Positions 11,311 through 24,810 of a stretch of 64,000 nucleotides of DNA are shown in pieces (the stretch's first letter is position 1; each line of letters begins with the position of its first letter). The notes under the pieces were generated by a model. The model worked only from the letters and a program-made list of their open reading frames with translations, did not search any database and was not told where the DNA came from. Both the position numbers and the translations under genes were made by a program. Source of the DNA: Carcharhinus longimanus (lineage: Eukaryota). Location: positions 35,053,178-35,117,177 of the forward strand of contig JASCQW010000112.1 of assembly GCA_030264375.1 (NCBI GenBank). The letters run 5' to 3'.

Positions 11311-13191
11311 AATACCATATTTGTTGTACAGTTTTGCAGTTGCTTATTTGGACCAGCACTGAGGTTACTCATGAACTAGCAAGTTGCAACATCAATCTCA
11401 GATCAACCCTTGTGCAAACTGTAAATATCTAAGTACTTAGTTAATAAGAAATCATCTTAAAGATCAGAAAGACTCTTGCCAAATGTATAGCACTCAAGCA
11501 TTTCTCTATTTAATGCAAGTATAAATATTAAATCACTGTTAGGCACACCAGAAATACATGAATTTAGAGAAATTTGTATTAGAGAGAAAACTTGTTGCAT
11601 TGAAAACAATGCGACTTGATAATATTTGAGTTTTGCAGGATGACAGTGTATGGATCCAGCATAGAAATTAACTGTTGCTATTCTAAACCATCCTGAAATA
11701 AGGAATTGAAGTGGCCACCTGAATAATTTGATGCACAATTTGTGACATGCTTGAAGTACTGTTGGGCCATGGCTTCACAAGTAATTTTCAGGGGCAGATT
11801 TTCACTCTTGCTATTAAGGATAATATTTATAATTTTCTTAGTCGTAAGGGACATGATTATTTTTTGGCATCTGTTTGAAACAGCTTCCTAATATGCTCTG
11901 CATCTTGGACATAGTCTAACCTGCTCATCTCCTCCACTATACCCAGCAAGAACATGGAAAATGGAACTTATATTCAATCACAAGACTTTTTTAATGAATT
12001 TGGCTGCAATACACTAGCTTGATTTATTTAATCGAAATGGAACCACATTATACCACTGTTGCTATGCCACCCATTCAATAATTTTACAAATACTTTTGGA
12101 CCCAGTAAAGGCGACACTGAAATCTTTTAATTTGAATTATAAAAGTTAACAATAATCTTTTTCCCATATTAATGTTGTTTGGAAAACTGTTTTTGTTGAC
12201 ATATCTGCCAACCTCAGCCAAAGCAGGAAAAACAGTAATAACAATGTTGCTTAGTTGACTGGTATACCCTAGCTGCCAGCTTAACACCAAATATATTCAT
12301 AACTAGGAAGTTAGCCCTCCCAAAGCAGATTCCCTCCCATCCCCCCTCCCTTTAATTTAGAAGTAGAAATGCAGCTTCTGACCATCAATTTAAGGTATAT
12401 CCTCTATTCACCTTTGTGAAAACATTCTCAAACTCACATTAATTTGGATTAATGGAAAAGGGTTCACGTGACAGACAACAAGATCTTCACAAGCATTCAC
12501 TTTCACAGAAATGTAGTTGTACTCTTGGAACTGGGACGTCATCTTTATGTGAAGGCACTGAAGTAACATGTCTTTCTACTACAAAGAGTTGTATTTTGAG
12601 GAAAATACCATTCAAGAGAAAGGTATGAATGCTATATGCTAATTTTCTGGAAAGCGGTATCAGTAACATGTTCCTTTTTTAATTTACTTTTACTATGCAT
12701 GTTAGCAAGTAAAGACAAATTATAGTATAATGGTTCTGTTGTGAATTCATTCGCTTCTATATTCAACCTGGGATCCATTTTCATATTAGCCATTTTGGTT
12801 AAAAATATCTACTGGAGTATAGAAGTTCTTCACAATCAGGAGTTCCCTTCCTCTTACATTAAGAGAAAGAAAATGGGACAGGCTCAATTACTGTTGTGTG
12901 ATTCTCTGCCTGACATCCTTCTTTGTGATTCTCCCAGGGAAAACACTACACTTGGATGGTAAATCCTATCCTTAGGTATATACCCGAGTCTCTTAACAAA
13001 AAATCAAAATAGTTCTAATTAGTACCTTGGGGAACTCTGAGGAGTTCCATTTTCTTTCCTGTTATACAATTGGATTACTCTCACTGTAATTTATTGTTCT
13101 TATGTCAAGAACGAGGTTAGATCTATTAAAGTGTCTGTTTTGACCATTCATCTACAATTCTGTTCTGAAAAAGCAGAATTGGTAACTGCAC

Positions 13192-14050
13192 AGGATGTGG
13201 GTGTCACTGTCTCAGTCAGCATTTATTTCCCATCCCTAATTGCCCTTGAGAAGATGGTGGTGAACACCCTTCTTGAACTGCTGCAGTCTGGGTGGTGTAG
13301 AAACACTCTTAGTGTTGTTAGGAAGGGAGTTCCAGGATTTTGACCCAGCAACAGTGAAGGAATGACAATATAATCCCAAATCAGGATGGTATGTGGCTTG
13401 GAGGGGTCATTGAGGTGGTAGCGTTTCCATGCATCTGCTATCCTTGCCCTTCTAGTTAACATAGAAACATAGAAACTAGAGACAGGAAAAGGCCATTCAG
13501 CCCTTTGAGCCTACTCCACCATTCATTTTGATCATGGCTGATCATCGAATTCAATNNNNNNNNNNNNNNNNNNNNNNNNNNNNNNNNNNNNNNNNNNNNN
13601 NNNNNNNNNNNNNNNNNNNNNNNNNNNNNNNNNNNNNNNNNNNNNNNNNNNNNNNCTGAGAGCTATATCTAATTTCTTCTTGAAATCACACAATGCTTTG
13701 GCCTCAACTACTTTCTGTGGGAGTGAATTCCAGCCTCTGGGTGAAGAAATTCCTCCTCACCTCAGTTCTAAAAGATTTACCCCTTTTCCTCAAACTATGA
13801 CCCCTAGTTCTGGGTTCCTCATCATGGGTCATGGATTTGAAAGGTGTTCTGGTGAGTTGCTGCAGTGCATCTTTGGGATGATAAGCACTGTTGTCACTAT
13901 ACGATGGTGGTGGAGCAAGTGAATATGGAGGGATGGGTGCCAATCAAGCTGTCTGCTTTGTCCTGAATGATGTTGAGTTTCTTGAGTGTTGTTGAAACTT
14001 CATTCATCCAGGCAAGTAGACAGTATTCCATCACATTCATGACTTGTGCA
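13192..14050 (-). mobile_element. LINE 3' fragment (CR1/L2-group family with 'gggcaataaatgctggcc' tail), with a nested CR1 fragment at ~13460-13825
   Basis: Homologous to 22500-22982; the insertion begins with catagaaacatagaaa. Confidence 0.7.
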
Positions 14051-14745
14051 CAGATTTAACAGACTGTGTATTTCTAGAATGATCAAATCATGCACTGTAT
14101 AAAAATTTGGAAACCAAAAAGTTAAAACAAAATTATGTATGAAGCCACAAGTTCTTCTGATGTGCAGTTTCACTGATGAGTTTATCATTATGGCAGAAAT
14201 TCATCCAGTACAATAGTTTTATTCTTAAAGCAAATCATAATTGCAGGCATTGCTGCAGAAAGATCAGGCAACAATATTAACTACTTTCAACAGCAAAACC
14301 ATCACCTTAGCAATGTCATATAAAATGGTGGCAAACTGAATAACATTAGATCCCAAAACTGGACTTGGTGAGCTTAAGCTAATACCTAGAGACCTTCTTT
14401 GAACTTATTTCATAAACACTTCCAAAAAAAATGCAATCCTACCAAAACCTACTCCAGAGTTAGAGTAGACTGTGTATGTGTGTGCCACCTGTGGAATGGC
14501 AGTGATAAAGCATGACTGCTTTTAACAACTTATTTAGTGGATTGTTGTCCAGTGGGAGTCCATCAATTTGATTTGCGGAAATTAGGATTAGGTTGCACAT
14601 CAGTGTATCATGTTCACACAGATATGGAGCATCATTTTGTGGCATTGTCAATATACAGAACTGTTCATTTTGTTGTGTTAAAGCATTAGATTCTGAACAA
14701 AACTTGCAAAAAATTCTTAATTTGAATGTTACAGTGTAGACAAAG

Positions 14746-15066
14746 GGTGGCATGGTGGCACAATGGTTAGCACTGCTGCCCCACAGTGCCAGGGACCGGG
14801 GTTCGATTCTGGCTTTGGGTCACTGTCCTTGTGGAATTTGCATGTTTTCTCTGTGTCTGCATGGGTTTCCTCTGAGTGCTCCAGTTTTGTCCAAAGATGT
14901 ACGGGTTAGGTGGGCTGGCCATGCTTAATTGCCCCTTAGCGTCAGAGGGACTAGCTAGGGTAAGTGCATGGAGTTATGGGGATAGAGCCTGGGTAACATT
15001 GCGGTCAGTGCAGACTTGATGGGCTGAATGGCCTCCTGCTGCACTGTACAATTCTATGATTCTATA
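14746..15066 (+). mobile_element. HE1-type V-SINE
   Basis: Full head, V-domain and attctatgattcta tail. Confidence 0.9.
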
Positions 15067-15317
15067 AAGGTACTGATGGAAACCCCAGCTCTGCATTTAT
15101 AAAGCATTGCATCAGGTCTTTTCTCTGACCGTTTCCCTTATGATTTTCTTCCTCCCTTGAATGCACTTTTGGTTTAAAATACTTCCACATCCCTGCACCA
15201 CCCTCCTGCACTTCTCTCAAGTTACTATTATTCATGTGAGTCTTGAAAGTACATGTGGGCTGACGATTCAGTTACAGGACCCGTAACTGTTGAATTGGAT
15301 TCACCCCCACACTTAAT

Positions 15318-16116
15318 AGGCTGAATTTAAATGCTGGAAGAGTTAACTGCCCACTGTTCCGGTATCCAGGTCTTGGCTGGACTTTGTGGCTCCCTCTGGA
15401 GTGGGATGACGGGCACGAGGGTTGTAAAACTGGGTGCCATGGCAGTGGCACATGCCTGCCGCCAATCTGTTTTGGCAGTGATTTTATTTGTAACAGGGGA
15501 GGTTCTGAGTATTCTGCTTGCCTGTGGGAAATTGAGGCCCTTAAAAGGCCAATTAATTGTCACTTAANNNNNNNNNNNNNNNNNNNNNNCCCCCCCCCCC
15601 CGCTCAGCTGAGGTGGTCTTGCTGCGACTTTTATTCTGAAGCATGGGGACCCCAGGTAAAGATCTCACCTGCAGACCAGAGGACTGGTAGCTCTTTAGAC
15701 TCAGCAGTGTCACAGGGAATGATGGCCATTGCTAGGACTGTTTTCAGCAGCCACAGCAATAATGGAGGTCCTTGAACACCAGTCAGTAGGGGACCATGGG
15801 GGGCTCATTCAGGCTGGCTTTGGTGAAAGTGGATGGTATGACGGGAAAGGAGGTCTTTCACTGGCAAGAATATCTGTGGGGCAGAGGCTGCTCAATTAAG
15901 AGGGTATCCCTTGAATCTGCAGGCAGATTGTGTAGCCTTTAAGTAGCCATTTTTGGGCCTTGATCAGCCTTGGGGTGGATCTTCCCCCATCCCTGACTTA
16001 ATTGGAGGGACTCAGGGAAGCAATAGGTTCTCCACCCTGCAGCTTCTCACCTGATTATATGGCCTCCTTACCTCCCAGCCCACTCCTGGGCAGGGCTAAG
16101 GGCTTTAAATTCCACC
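15318..16116. mobile_element. Degenerate non-autonomous Harbinger-like DNA element
   Basis: GC-rich island bounded by ggctgaatttaa...ttaaattccacc inverted ends. Confidence 0.4.
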
Positions 16117-16399
16117 TGGCTTTTGCTGATTTAATACATGGTCAGAAACAGGAAATCCAACCAATTTTGAACAGAAATTTGCTGTTACTCGTGACCTACT
16201 CAGACCAATTAATCTTACTGTAATCCTTGTGATAACAAATTAAACCACACTGGATTCATAAATTGCTTGTTGCATTATCAAATCTAGTTCAAATTCTGCA
16301 CAAACCCCTTCTCCAAAACAGGGTAAAATCAATTAAACTGCATATTGTTTGTTCTATATTAATATGTGGATGCCAAATAAAACCAGCATGAATTTGGAT

Positions 16400-16840
16400 T
16401 CCAGAGGTGAGGGGTTTGTCTTACAAAGGGCAGTATAGGCCAATACTCCCTGGAGTTTAGAAGAACGAGAGGAAATTTAATTGAGGTGTACAAGATGATA
16501 AGGGAGTTGACAGGATAGACATAGAGAGGGTGTTTTCTCTTGTGGGGCAATCCAGAATAAGAGGTCATAGTTTTAGGATAAGGAGTAGCAGATTTAAAAC
16601 AGAGATGAGACAAATTACTTCTCCCAAAGGGTCATGTGTTTGTGGAATTCACTACCCTAGAGTGTGGTGGATGCTGCGACATTGAGTAAATTTAAGGAAG
16701 AGGTGGACAGATTTTTAATTACTAAGAGTTTTAAGGGGTTATGGTGAACAGGCAGGAAAGCGGCTGAGATGAGATCAGCCATATTTTGAATGTCTGTGCA
16801 GGCTCGAGGGACCTACTCCTGCACCTAGTTCTTATGGTTT
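16400..16840 (+). mobile_element. CR1/HER1 LINE 3' end
   Basis: LYSLEFRR.RG.LIEVYK-type coding remnant and tail ...cctagttcttatg. Confidence 0.85.
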
Positions 16841-17486
16841 TAAGCCCTGAAATCAGAGGACTCCATGGCTATTATTAGTGCAGAAAGTTAGTGTCAAATA
16901 AAACTCATGTTTAAAGACCTTGATTAGCAAACATGCTACAATTATGTTGGTGCACTCAAGCAATACCAAAAAAGAAATGGAATTTAAGTCCCACCCGAAT
17001 TGGAAACATTACTTGTGTGGGACTGTAGAAGAAAAAATAAAAACAAAAACAAGAAAAACCATCAGATAAAGTATATATTTTGGTTTAGAAAAGATATTGA
17101 AAGTGAAATACTGATTCCCGAAGATTTGATTCAAAGCTTACAACCATAATGTGCAGACTCAACGATGCTCAGAATTAAAACTGAGCTACGCCACAGAAGT
17201 GGTATAATGGTCTCAGCAAGTTGGACAATGATAGAAAGTGTTAGAGACAGGTGATACAGACACAGCTGTATAGAAGGAAACAAGCAGCATCAGATAGGAC
17301 GCGTATCTGTGAAAAAGCATTCAATGCAAGTTTTCAAGCTCCGTACCTCTGAAGTTTAAAACCAAGAAAAAGGAAAACACATAAAGAAAGTACTTTAAAT
17401 AAAAATGTTCGTTTCCAGCAGTCTAAACACATTTTACTGATTAATCAAACTAGCTGTTTAAAAACGTGCTACTGTTACTGATGTAT

Positions 17487-17790
17487 GGGCCAGCATGGTA
17501 GCACAATGGTTAACACTGCTGCCTCATAGCGCCAGGGACCCAGGTTCTATTCCTGGGTGGGTTGCTGTCTGTGCGGAGTCTGCATGTTCTCTCTGTGTCT
17601 GCATGGGTTTCCTCCAGTTGCTCCGGTTTCCTCCCAGTCCAAAAGATGTGCTGGCTAGGTGCATTGGCTATGCTAAATTCTCCCTCAGTGTACCCAAACA
17701 GGTGCCAGAGTGTGGTGACTTGGAGATTTTTGCAGTAACTTCATTACAGTGTGAAGGTAAGCCTACTTGTGACACTAATAAATGAACTTT
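17487..17790 (+). mobile_element. Type B SINE
   Basis: Homologous to 1753-2030. Confidence 0.85.
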
Positions 17791-18851
17791 ACATTTTTTC
17801 TAAAAGGAACGGGGGCGGGGGGGTTAAAAATTGACCAGTTTTAAGCTGTGTGTTCAACATTAGTTTATTTCATTTTCATTAAATCACCAAGAACCTCATT
17901 TCCAACCCTTGTCCAAAACTGAATCAAATTATAATAATTCAAAACAAGTATAGTTCTACATAGTGCAGTCACAAAATAAGTTTTGTTATCATTGAGGAAG
18001 CTGGAATTCCAGGTTCGAGCAACTCTGCTCCTTCCAGAGCTGTGATAATTACATATCGTACAAACACTACAGATTTAAAAAGTTTCCCTCTGAGTTATCT
18101 TAAATAATTCTGGACCGTATGTAACATGATCCCAGTCTGAATGAGCTCATCAGCCAGAAATAATTTTGTGTACACTTGGCAGTTTGTGCTTATACACTAT
18201 TTATGGCTGAATAATCAGAGATTTGTTCCCATCTTTGTTTTTGCTCAGTTGAATATCTTTGATGAAAAAGAAACTCCAATTAGTTTACAGTTGCTTCCAA
18301 CTGTTCAATAAAATTAAAAAGCAGGGAGATGGTCAAAGAATCAAAGCAGCTTTATATCTTCCAAGTCATTGAGCAAATATTCAGGTCTTTCCCAGCAGTG
18401 AATATCAATATTTCATTTAACAAATCTCCAGGGGTTTTCACGAGCTTAGCATTGCAACACACAACTCACGTTGGTGATAGATTCCTCTCTCAGCTCTGCT
18501 CTTGCCAGAATATCCTCATTCCCTGTAAGGCTTTAGGGAGTGTTGTGGTAGCTTAACTACTAGTGCCTTCAATATAGTATAGAATACTACAAATCATATA
18601 GGGCATTTCTTATATGATCAGCAGTGGGCCAGAACATATATGAACAGAAACAATTATTTTGGTCAGTTTGTATAAATTAGTGGAGCAAATTGTCTACAGC
18701 GCTTCCTACATTGCAAAAGTATTTTAATTGGCTGTAAAGCATCTTGGGAAATCCGAAGTTTGTGAATGGCACCACTTTTTTCTTTCTTTATGCTTCATCT
18801 CAGTCAGAAGCTGTGAGAACTCTGCAGCTCTCAAAGTCTTAAAATTGCATT

Positions 18852-18879
18852 CACACACGCACACACACACACACACACA
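18852..18879. repeat. (CA)n microsatellite
   Basis: Seen directly. Confidence 0.9.
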
Positions 18880-19399
18880 GAATTAATTTGAAGCATTAGT
18901 GTTACATGGACAAATATAGCAGTCATTTTGTGCATAACCCTAACCCTAACCCCAAAAACAACAGTGCGGTGAGTGACAAATTAACCCATGTATTTTTCTT
19001 GGTGTTTTTTGGCTGAAGGAAGGAAATGGTTACAGCGCAGGAGATGATTGTTTACCCTGCTAATCCTGCTGACACTAAGGGGCAATTTAGCATTGCCAAT
19101 CAACCTAACCTGCACATCTTTGGACTATCTATACAGTTAAAGAATGTTACAGTTTTCAATTCTGAGAAACATTAAGACCATGGAGCAGCTTTGTAGGATG
19201 GAAGAGAAGGTTGGGGTGGGGGGGAGGGGGAGAGAAAATGAAGTAGAGGAAAGGAAGATACTTTAACCGCACAGAGTAAATGAGTTGATTGAATAAATGT
19301 AAAACTCCTAACTGAACAACAGTAAGGAGTAATGAATCAACTGAAGCTATTAATAGCAATCACAAGAACAAAAGTGTCATTAGCTAAAATGCTTAAAAG

Positions 19400-20071
19400 C
19401 ACTGTGAAAGTCATGAACATAGCCCAGTCCATCACGCAAACCAGCCTCCCATCCATTGACTCTGTCTACACTTCCCAGAAAAACAGCCAGTATAATCAAG
19501 AACCCCGCAGTCCAGACATTCTCTCTTCCACTTTCTTCCATAAGGATAAGATACAATAGTCTGAGGACACATACCAACCAACTCAAGAACAGCTTCTTCC
19601 CTGCTGTCATCAGACTTTTGAATGGACCTATCTTGTATTAAGTTGATCTTTCTCTGTACCCTGGCTATGACTGTAACATTATATTCTTCACTCTCTCCTT
19701 TCCTTCTTTATGGACAGTATGCTTTGTCTGTATAGCACTTAAGAAACAATACTTTTCATGGTATACTAATACATGTGACAATAATAAATCAAATCAAATA
19801 CCGAATTATCATTTTATAAAGAATATTGGAGGATATAGAAATGATAGAGGTGCCTTGTTTAAGGTATCAAACTTTTGAATGATCCTATCATGTTAAGCTG
19901 ATCTTTCTCTTCATCCAATCGTTAACTGCAACATTATATTCTACACCCTATCCTTTCCTTCTCTTCTATATACGTTATGAACGGTATGTTCTGTCTGTAT
20001 AGCGCAAGAAACAATACTTTTCGCTGTATTCCAATACATGTGACAATAACAAGTCAACTCAATTCAATTCA
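19400..20071 (+). mobile_element. Rex1/Babar-like LINE 3' end (19400-19799) plus a second copy of its 3'UTR (19880-20071)
   Basis: TNQLKNSFFPAVIRLLN C-terminus; tail tacatgtgacaataataaatcaaatc is present twice. Confidence 0.7.
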
Positions 20072-21249
20072 AAGAGAAAGGCAACAAATATGGAAGGTGA
20101 GAGAAACAGCATTTGAAGATCCAAAATAAATGGATGAAATACACAGCAAGTCCGCCAGTCCGAAAAATTGGTAAAATGAAACAGACCAACTTTAGGGGGA
20201 AAAGGCCCAATCTTTAAATGTGAAAAGGCGTCTCAAAAATAACAGATTACCTTAAAAGATGTGATTCCATACTCTAAAAATAAAGAATGAGCAATAGATG
20301 AAGGAAGCGGTTGGAAAATTGCCCAAGATTAGCATAATTCTCATTTTTAATGCCAAAGAATAAAGATCTCCCATTTACTCACCAGCCTGCATTATCCCCA
20401 TGAAAGAAGAATGAGGTAGGATCAGGCATCAGGGCTGTTTTCACATTGTGAGAAAGGAAAATTTATAGGTGACCTGACAGGCCATGATCAAGCCAAAAGA
20501 GAAATTGGTAACCTGTCAGGAAAAGAAAACTGCCACAGCCCTGTGGATTAGAATATTGTCAAATTGATTCAATTGGCAGCTCCATCACTTCACAGTCAGG
20601 ATATTGTTGTTATGAGACTCACACCAGAACCTGAGATGCTGTTGTTTGGATGAATGTTAAACTAACATTCAATCTGTGCATTCAGCGGCATTGAGAGTTC
20701 GGGCCGATTTATTCTCTGTTCACCGAATACCACCATAACAAACATTCGCTTTCAAGGAATGCTGCTGTAATGAACTGACAGCCCCTTTTATATCTCACAT
20801 CATTTTCTTTTCCATGAACTTCACTAACAATTTTCTATCACTATTTTATGTTAATGCCCTAAAAGATGTTAGATTCCAGTCAAACTTTAGATTATTTAGC
20901 TTGACGTATTTACATCTTAAGAATAGCACCCCGCCTATTTACTTTGGTCAGGCATAATCAGCCCTTTAATTTACTTTCTGGGACTAAGGGCTACCTGCGG
21001 GGCATCTAGGATGGGATACCCCCCCGCAGAATTCTGACCCTCTCCCCATCTGGGCATGTTTTCCAGTGGCTCACCAGTGGAGGGGGAAGAGAGGGGGTGG
21101 GTTTGGAGTGGGGATAGTTGCCTTTGATGGGACTGGAAGGTCCTGTTGGCGGCAGGGGTCAGAGACAAGGGCACTGTGCATTTTAGAGCCAACCCAGGAG
21201 AATTGGATGAGGCTAAAACAAATCAGTGTATACTCCTATACAGCCACCG

Positions 21250-21510
21250 AGTTCCTACAGTGCAGAAAGAAGCCATTTGGCCCACTGAGTCCAAAAGGGC
21301 ACCCCACCCAGCCCCAAAATCCCACATATTCACCATGGCTAATTCACCTAACCTGCACATCTTTGTTCTGTGGGAGAATACGGGAGAACCCAGAGAAAAT
21401 TCACACAGACATGGGGAGAACATGCAAACTCCACACAGACAGTGACAAAAGGCAGGAATTGAACACGGCTCCCTGGCATGGTGAGGTAACAATGCTAACC
21501 ATTGTGCTGC
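21250..21510 (-). mobile_element. HE1-type SINE (degenerate)
   Basis: Head and tail homology to other copies. Confidence 0.8.
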
Positions 21511-22499
21511 ATCAATGTAGTGTGTGGCAGTCCATTTGGCTACAGAATGCATGTCATATCCAGCATGACTGTGAAAGCAGGTTTCCTGCCAGCTGCTCAT
21601 GCAGCTTATACACACATTGAGAGATACACAGCTCCTGGGAAAGAGTAGCTAAACTAATGGGACCAGTGGTAGAACATAATGAGGCTGCATGACACAAATA
21701 ACCTTAATGCAGATAGTGTACACAAGTTTCAATACAGTTTGCAGACAGCAATGTCACTGAACATCATAGCAACTAATTGCTTAAATAGCTCCTGTTGCTA
21801 ATTGTTTAAATAACTTGTTTTGCAACAGTAAAACACTCATCAAATTTCACCCAACTAAGTAGAGCTTCCAGCTGTTATTCATCTTTATTTTAGACAAAAT
21901 GTGATAGTGCAACCCTACAGGCATAATGTCTCTCCCTGATCTCTGTAAAAACAAAAATTAGCTAAAGCACACACTTGGACAAAACAATTTTGGTTTCATG
22001 CCCAATTTTCAATGTAAAACATCCCATATATCTATCTATATTTTATCTGAACCTTTATGTACTTTTTATGTCATATTTTGAAACAATTTTCCCTTCCCCC
22101 ATTATATCCCTACGTACGCCTTTATACTGGATTTTGCCTATGTAAACTTGTCACAATTATTGTACAATCAGGCAGCTCTGGTTTCTCAGCTGTCTTCCAG
22201 CATTATCAGCTGGTAACTTTAGCCCTTTTATTTCTCCCCCCACCCCCAACAATCTTTTCCCAAAATTAAATCTTACTCTTATTTTCTCCCCGAGGCTCTT
22301 ACTGCCATTCAACCTCCAAATCTCACCAGTTTACAAATTAAACATAAAAACTGTTTCCTCAGCTCTCTTCATAACATCTTCACCCACTCTTGATCTCTTT
22401 GAAATTAAATATACATTTCCTCCAGCCTCCCCTATCAGCTGTCTCACAGTTCAACCAAGATTTCAAGGCCCAACTCATGCAACTGCTTCTAGTGTGTTT

Positions 22500-22982
22500 T
22501 TTATTCATTCACAGAATATGGATACCACTGGCTAGGCCAACATTTATTGCCCATCCCTAACTGCCCATGAGAAAGTGGTGGTGAATCCCTTCTTGAACTG
22601 TGGTATAGACTCGGCCACAGCGCTGTTAGGGAGGAAGTTCCAGGATTTTGATCCAACACCAGTGAATAAATGAAGATATAGTTCCAGTTAGGATGATGTG
22701 TGACTTGGAAGGGAAATTGCAAGTCGTGGTGTGCTATGCATTTGCCACCCTTATCCTTCTAGATAGTGGAGGTTGTGGAATTGGAAGGTGCTGTTGAAGG
22801 AGTCTTGGTGAGTTGATACAGACCATCTGGTAGATGTTATATATCTTGTAGATATTATACACTGCTACTACTGTGCATCAGTGGTGGAGGGAGTAAATGT
22901 TTAAGGTGAGTTCCAATCAAATGGACTACTTTGTCCTGGATGATGTCAAGACTCTTGGGTGTTTTTGAGGTACACTCATCCA
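22500..22982 (-). mobile_element. LINE 3' fragment with 'gggcaataaatg..ggcctagccag' tail
   Basis: Homologous to 13192-14050; tail shared with the SINE at 51938-52275. Confidence 0.7.
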
Positions 22983-23785
22983 TAATCATAACTGTTCCCA
23001 AAGCAGCCATTACAGAGATTTCTTTAATAAATTAATAAGTTGCTTTAATTCAATGCAAATCGCTTCCATCAAAATATATTCAAGTTGCCTTGTTTTCCTA
23101 CTTTGCTCTAACCTGCTCTGCCCAGCAGTTATTTGTGGCCTGATTAAAGGTATATTTCTGAATTAGTTCTGAATTAGGTGAAGTCTGCTTGCTTTGGTTT
23201 AAAAAAATTCTTAAGTCTTCAAAGAAGTTGTTGTCACTTAGTATCAGTACCCATAAACCATTGGAGGGGAGGGTAGAGAGAGAGAGAGAGAACAAATAAG
23301 AAGGAAATTTGAAGTGAATGAAAGGTTAAAACTAAGATTTTAAAGTGAGTTTTAAAGTTTGAGTTTGATATTGCCACACACTGGTTGTCCTCCCCAGCTG
23401 AGGCACATTTCCAACCTTGCGCAAAGTGTTGAGACAGGTTTTGCTTCTGCCTCCTGCCATCATAAATAAGTAACATAATATATGTTTTTGCAGTAAATGA
23501 AATGTAAAAGCTTGGTCCAATCATCTCTCCTCTAACTCACTTTGCTTGAAGACCACATTTAGTCTGGACTCCTCAGGGAATTCCTAGGGGACTTTCACAG
23601 TAACATCATTACTGTAATGTTAGTGTAAGCCTGTTTATGACACTAATAAATAAACTCATGTATAATAAACATCATGGACAAAAATCAATGCCTAGAAATT
23701 TATCTCACCCAAAATCAAATTTTAAATTAATTGGAATTTTCCCTCAAAAACACCATAATTAACAAGACAAACCATTTCAGCCCAC

Positions 23786-23940
23786 CTCAATATTATCCCC
23801 AGAAGGAGCATCCTCAGGTTGTGTTCCATCAGCTAAAGGTTCTGTGACTTTGACTTCCATTGAACCCTGAAATTCTGGTGCCGTTCTTCGTCCATATCGT
23901 TTCCCATCTTTGACATATTTTGGCTGTACTTCCGTGGAAT
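23786..23940 (-). CDS. NIN: Ninein coding exon 3
   Basis: ttcctgcag|AT..., (D)STEVQPKYVKDGKRYGRRTAPEFQGSMEVKVTEPLADGTQPEDAPSGDNIE|gtgggc. Matches ninein QPKYVRGGKRYGRRSLPEFQ. 155 nt, phase 1 to 0. Confidence 0.93.
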
Positions 23941-24391
23941 CTGCAGGAATAGAATGCATTTTCGTCAGCCTAATCGTTTCAAATTACATTAGCATAAGCT
24001 TTAGAGGCTTTCAACTAGCTCACCAACTTTATGCAGTAAATTTCACAGAAGCCCTGCCCAGACTGACATCATGGCAATCAGTGCTGCAATAAGAATGATA
24101 CAATTGACCAGGGTTATCATTCCCGATCACTATGGCATGTCCTCTACTGGAAATGCATGAATAGTCTTTGGGCAAGAGCAGATTGCAATTTAGAATAAGG
24201 AAAGAAGCCAACTATCGTTCTGACATCATTTAATAATTGTAGAATGATGAATATGGAATTATTGCTAATAGAGTCATCCATTATTCATGTTTTCTTTCCA
24301 CATTTAAGAGAGCTTCAATCTCTATTCAGGTGCTCTACTCACCGTACTTAGTTCAGCTGGATACAGTGTACTTTTTTTTGGTATACCAACA

Positions 24392-24810
24392 AGAGTTTGT
24401 ATCTGTATAGTGCCTTCAATGTAGTAAACAATCTCAAGGTGCTTTGCAAAAGCACTATCAAACAAAATTTGATACTAAGTCACATTAGGAATTAGGAGAG
24501 CAAATGACTAAAAGCTTGGTTAAAGTGGTAGGTTTTAAGTAACGTCTTAAAGGAGAGTGAGAGGCTGAAAGGTTTAGGGATTGAATTCCAGTGCTAAGGC
24601 CTGACAGCTGAACGCGCGGCTGGTAATGGCGGAGTGATTAAAACCAGAGTTGCTCACAGTTGCCCAGAATTGGAGGAGAACGTATGTCTCGGAGAAGTGT
24701 AGGATAGAGAGAGGGAAGGATGGAGAGATTTCGAAACAAGTATAACAATTTTAAAATATGAGTCAAGTATGAGTCAATATCAGCCAGCGAGCACAGAGGT
24801 GACAGGCGGT
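24392..24810 (-). mobile_element. L2-like LINE 3' fragment
   Basis: tatagtgccttcaatgtagtaaa...gattgaattccag, typical L2 3' end on the reverse strand. Confidence 0.55.

Noticed and set aside
21066-21620. 184-aa ORF
   Set aside because: It runs through MITE-like and antisense HE1 SINE sequence and has no protein features.
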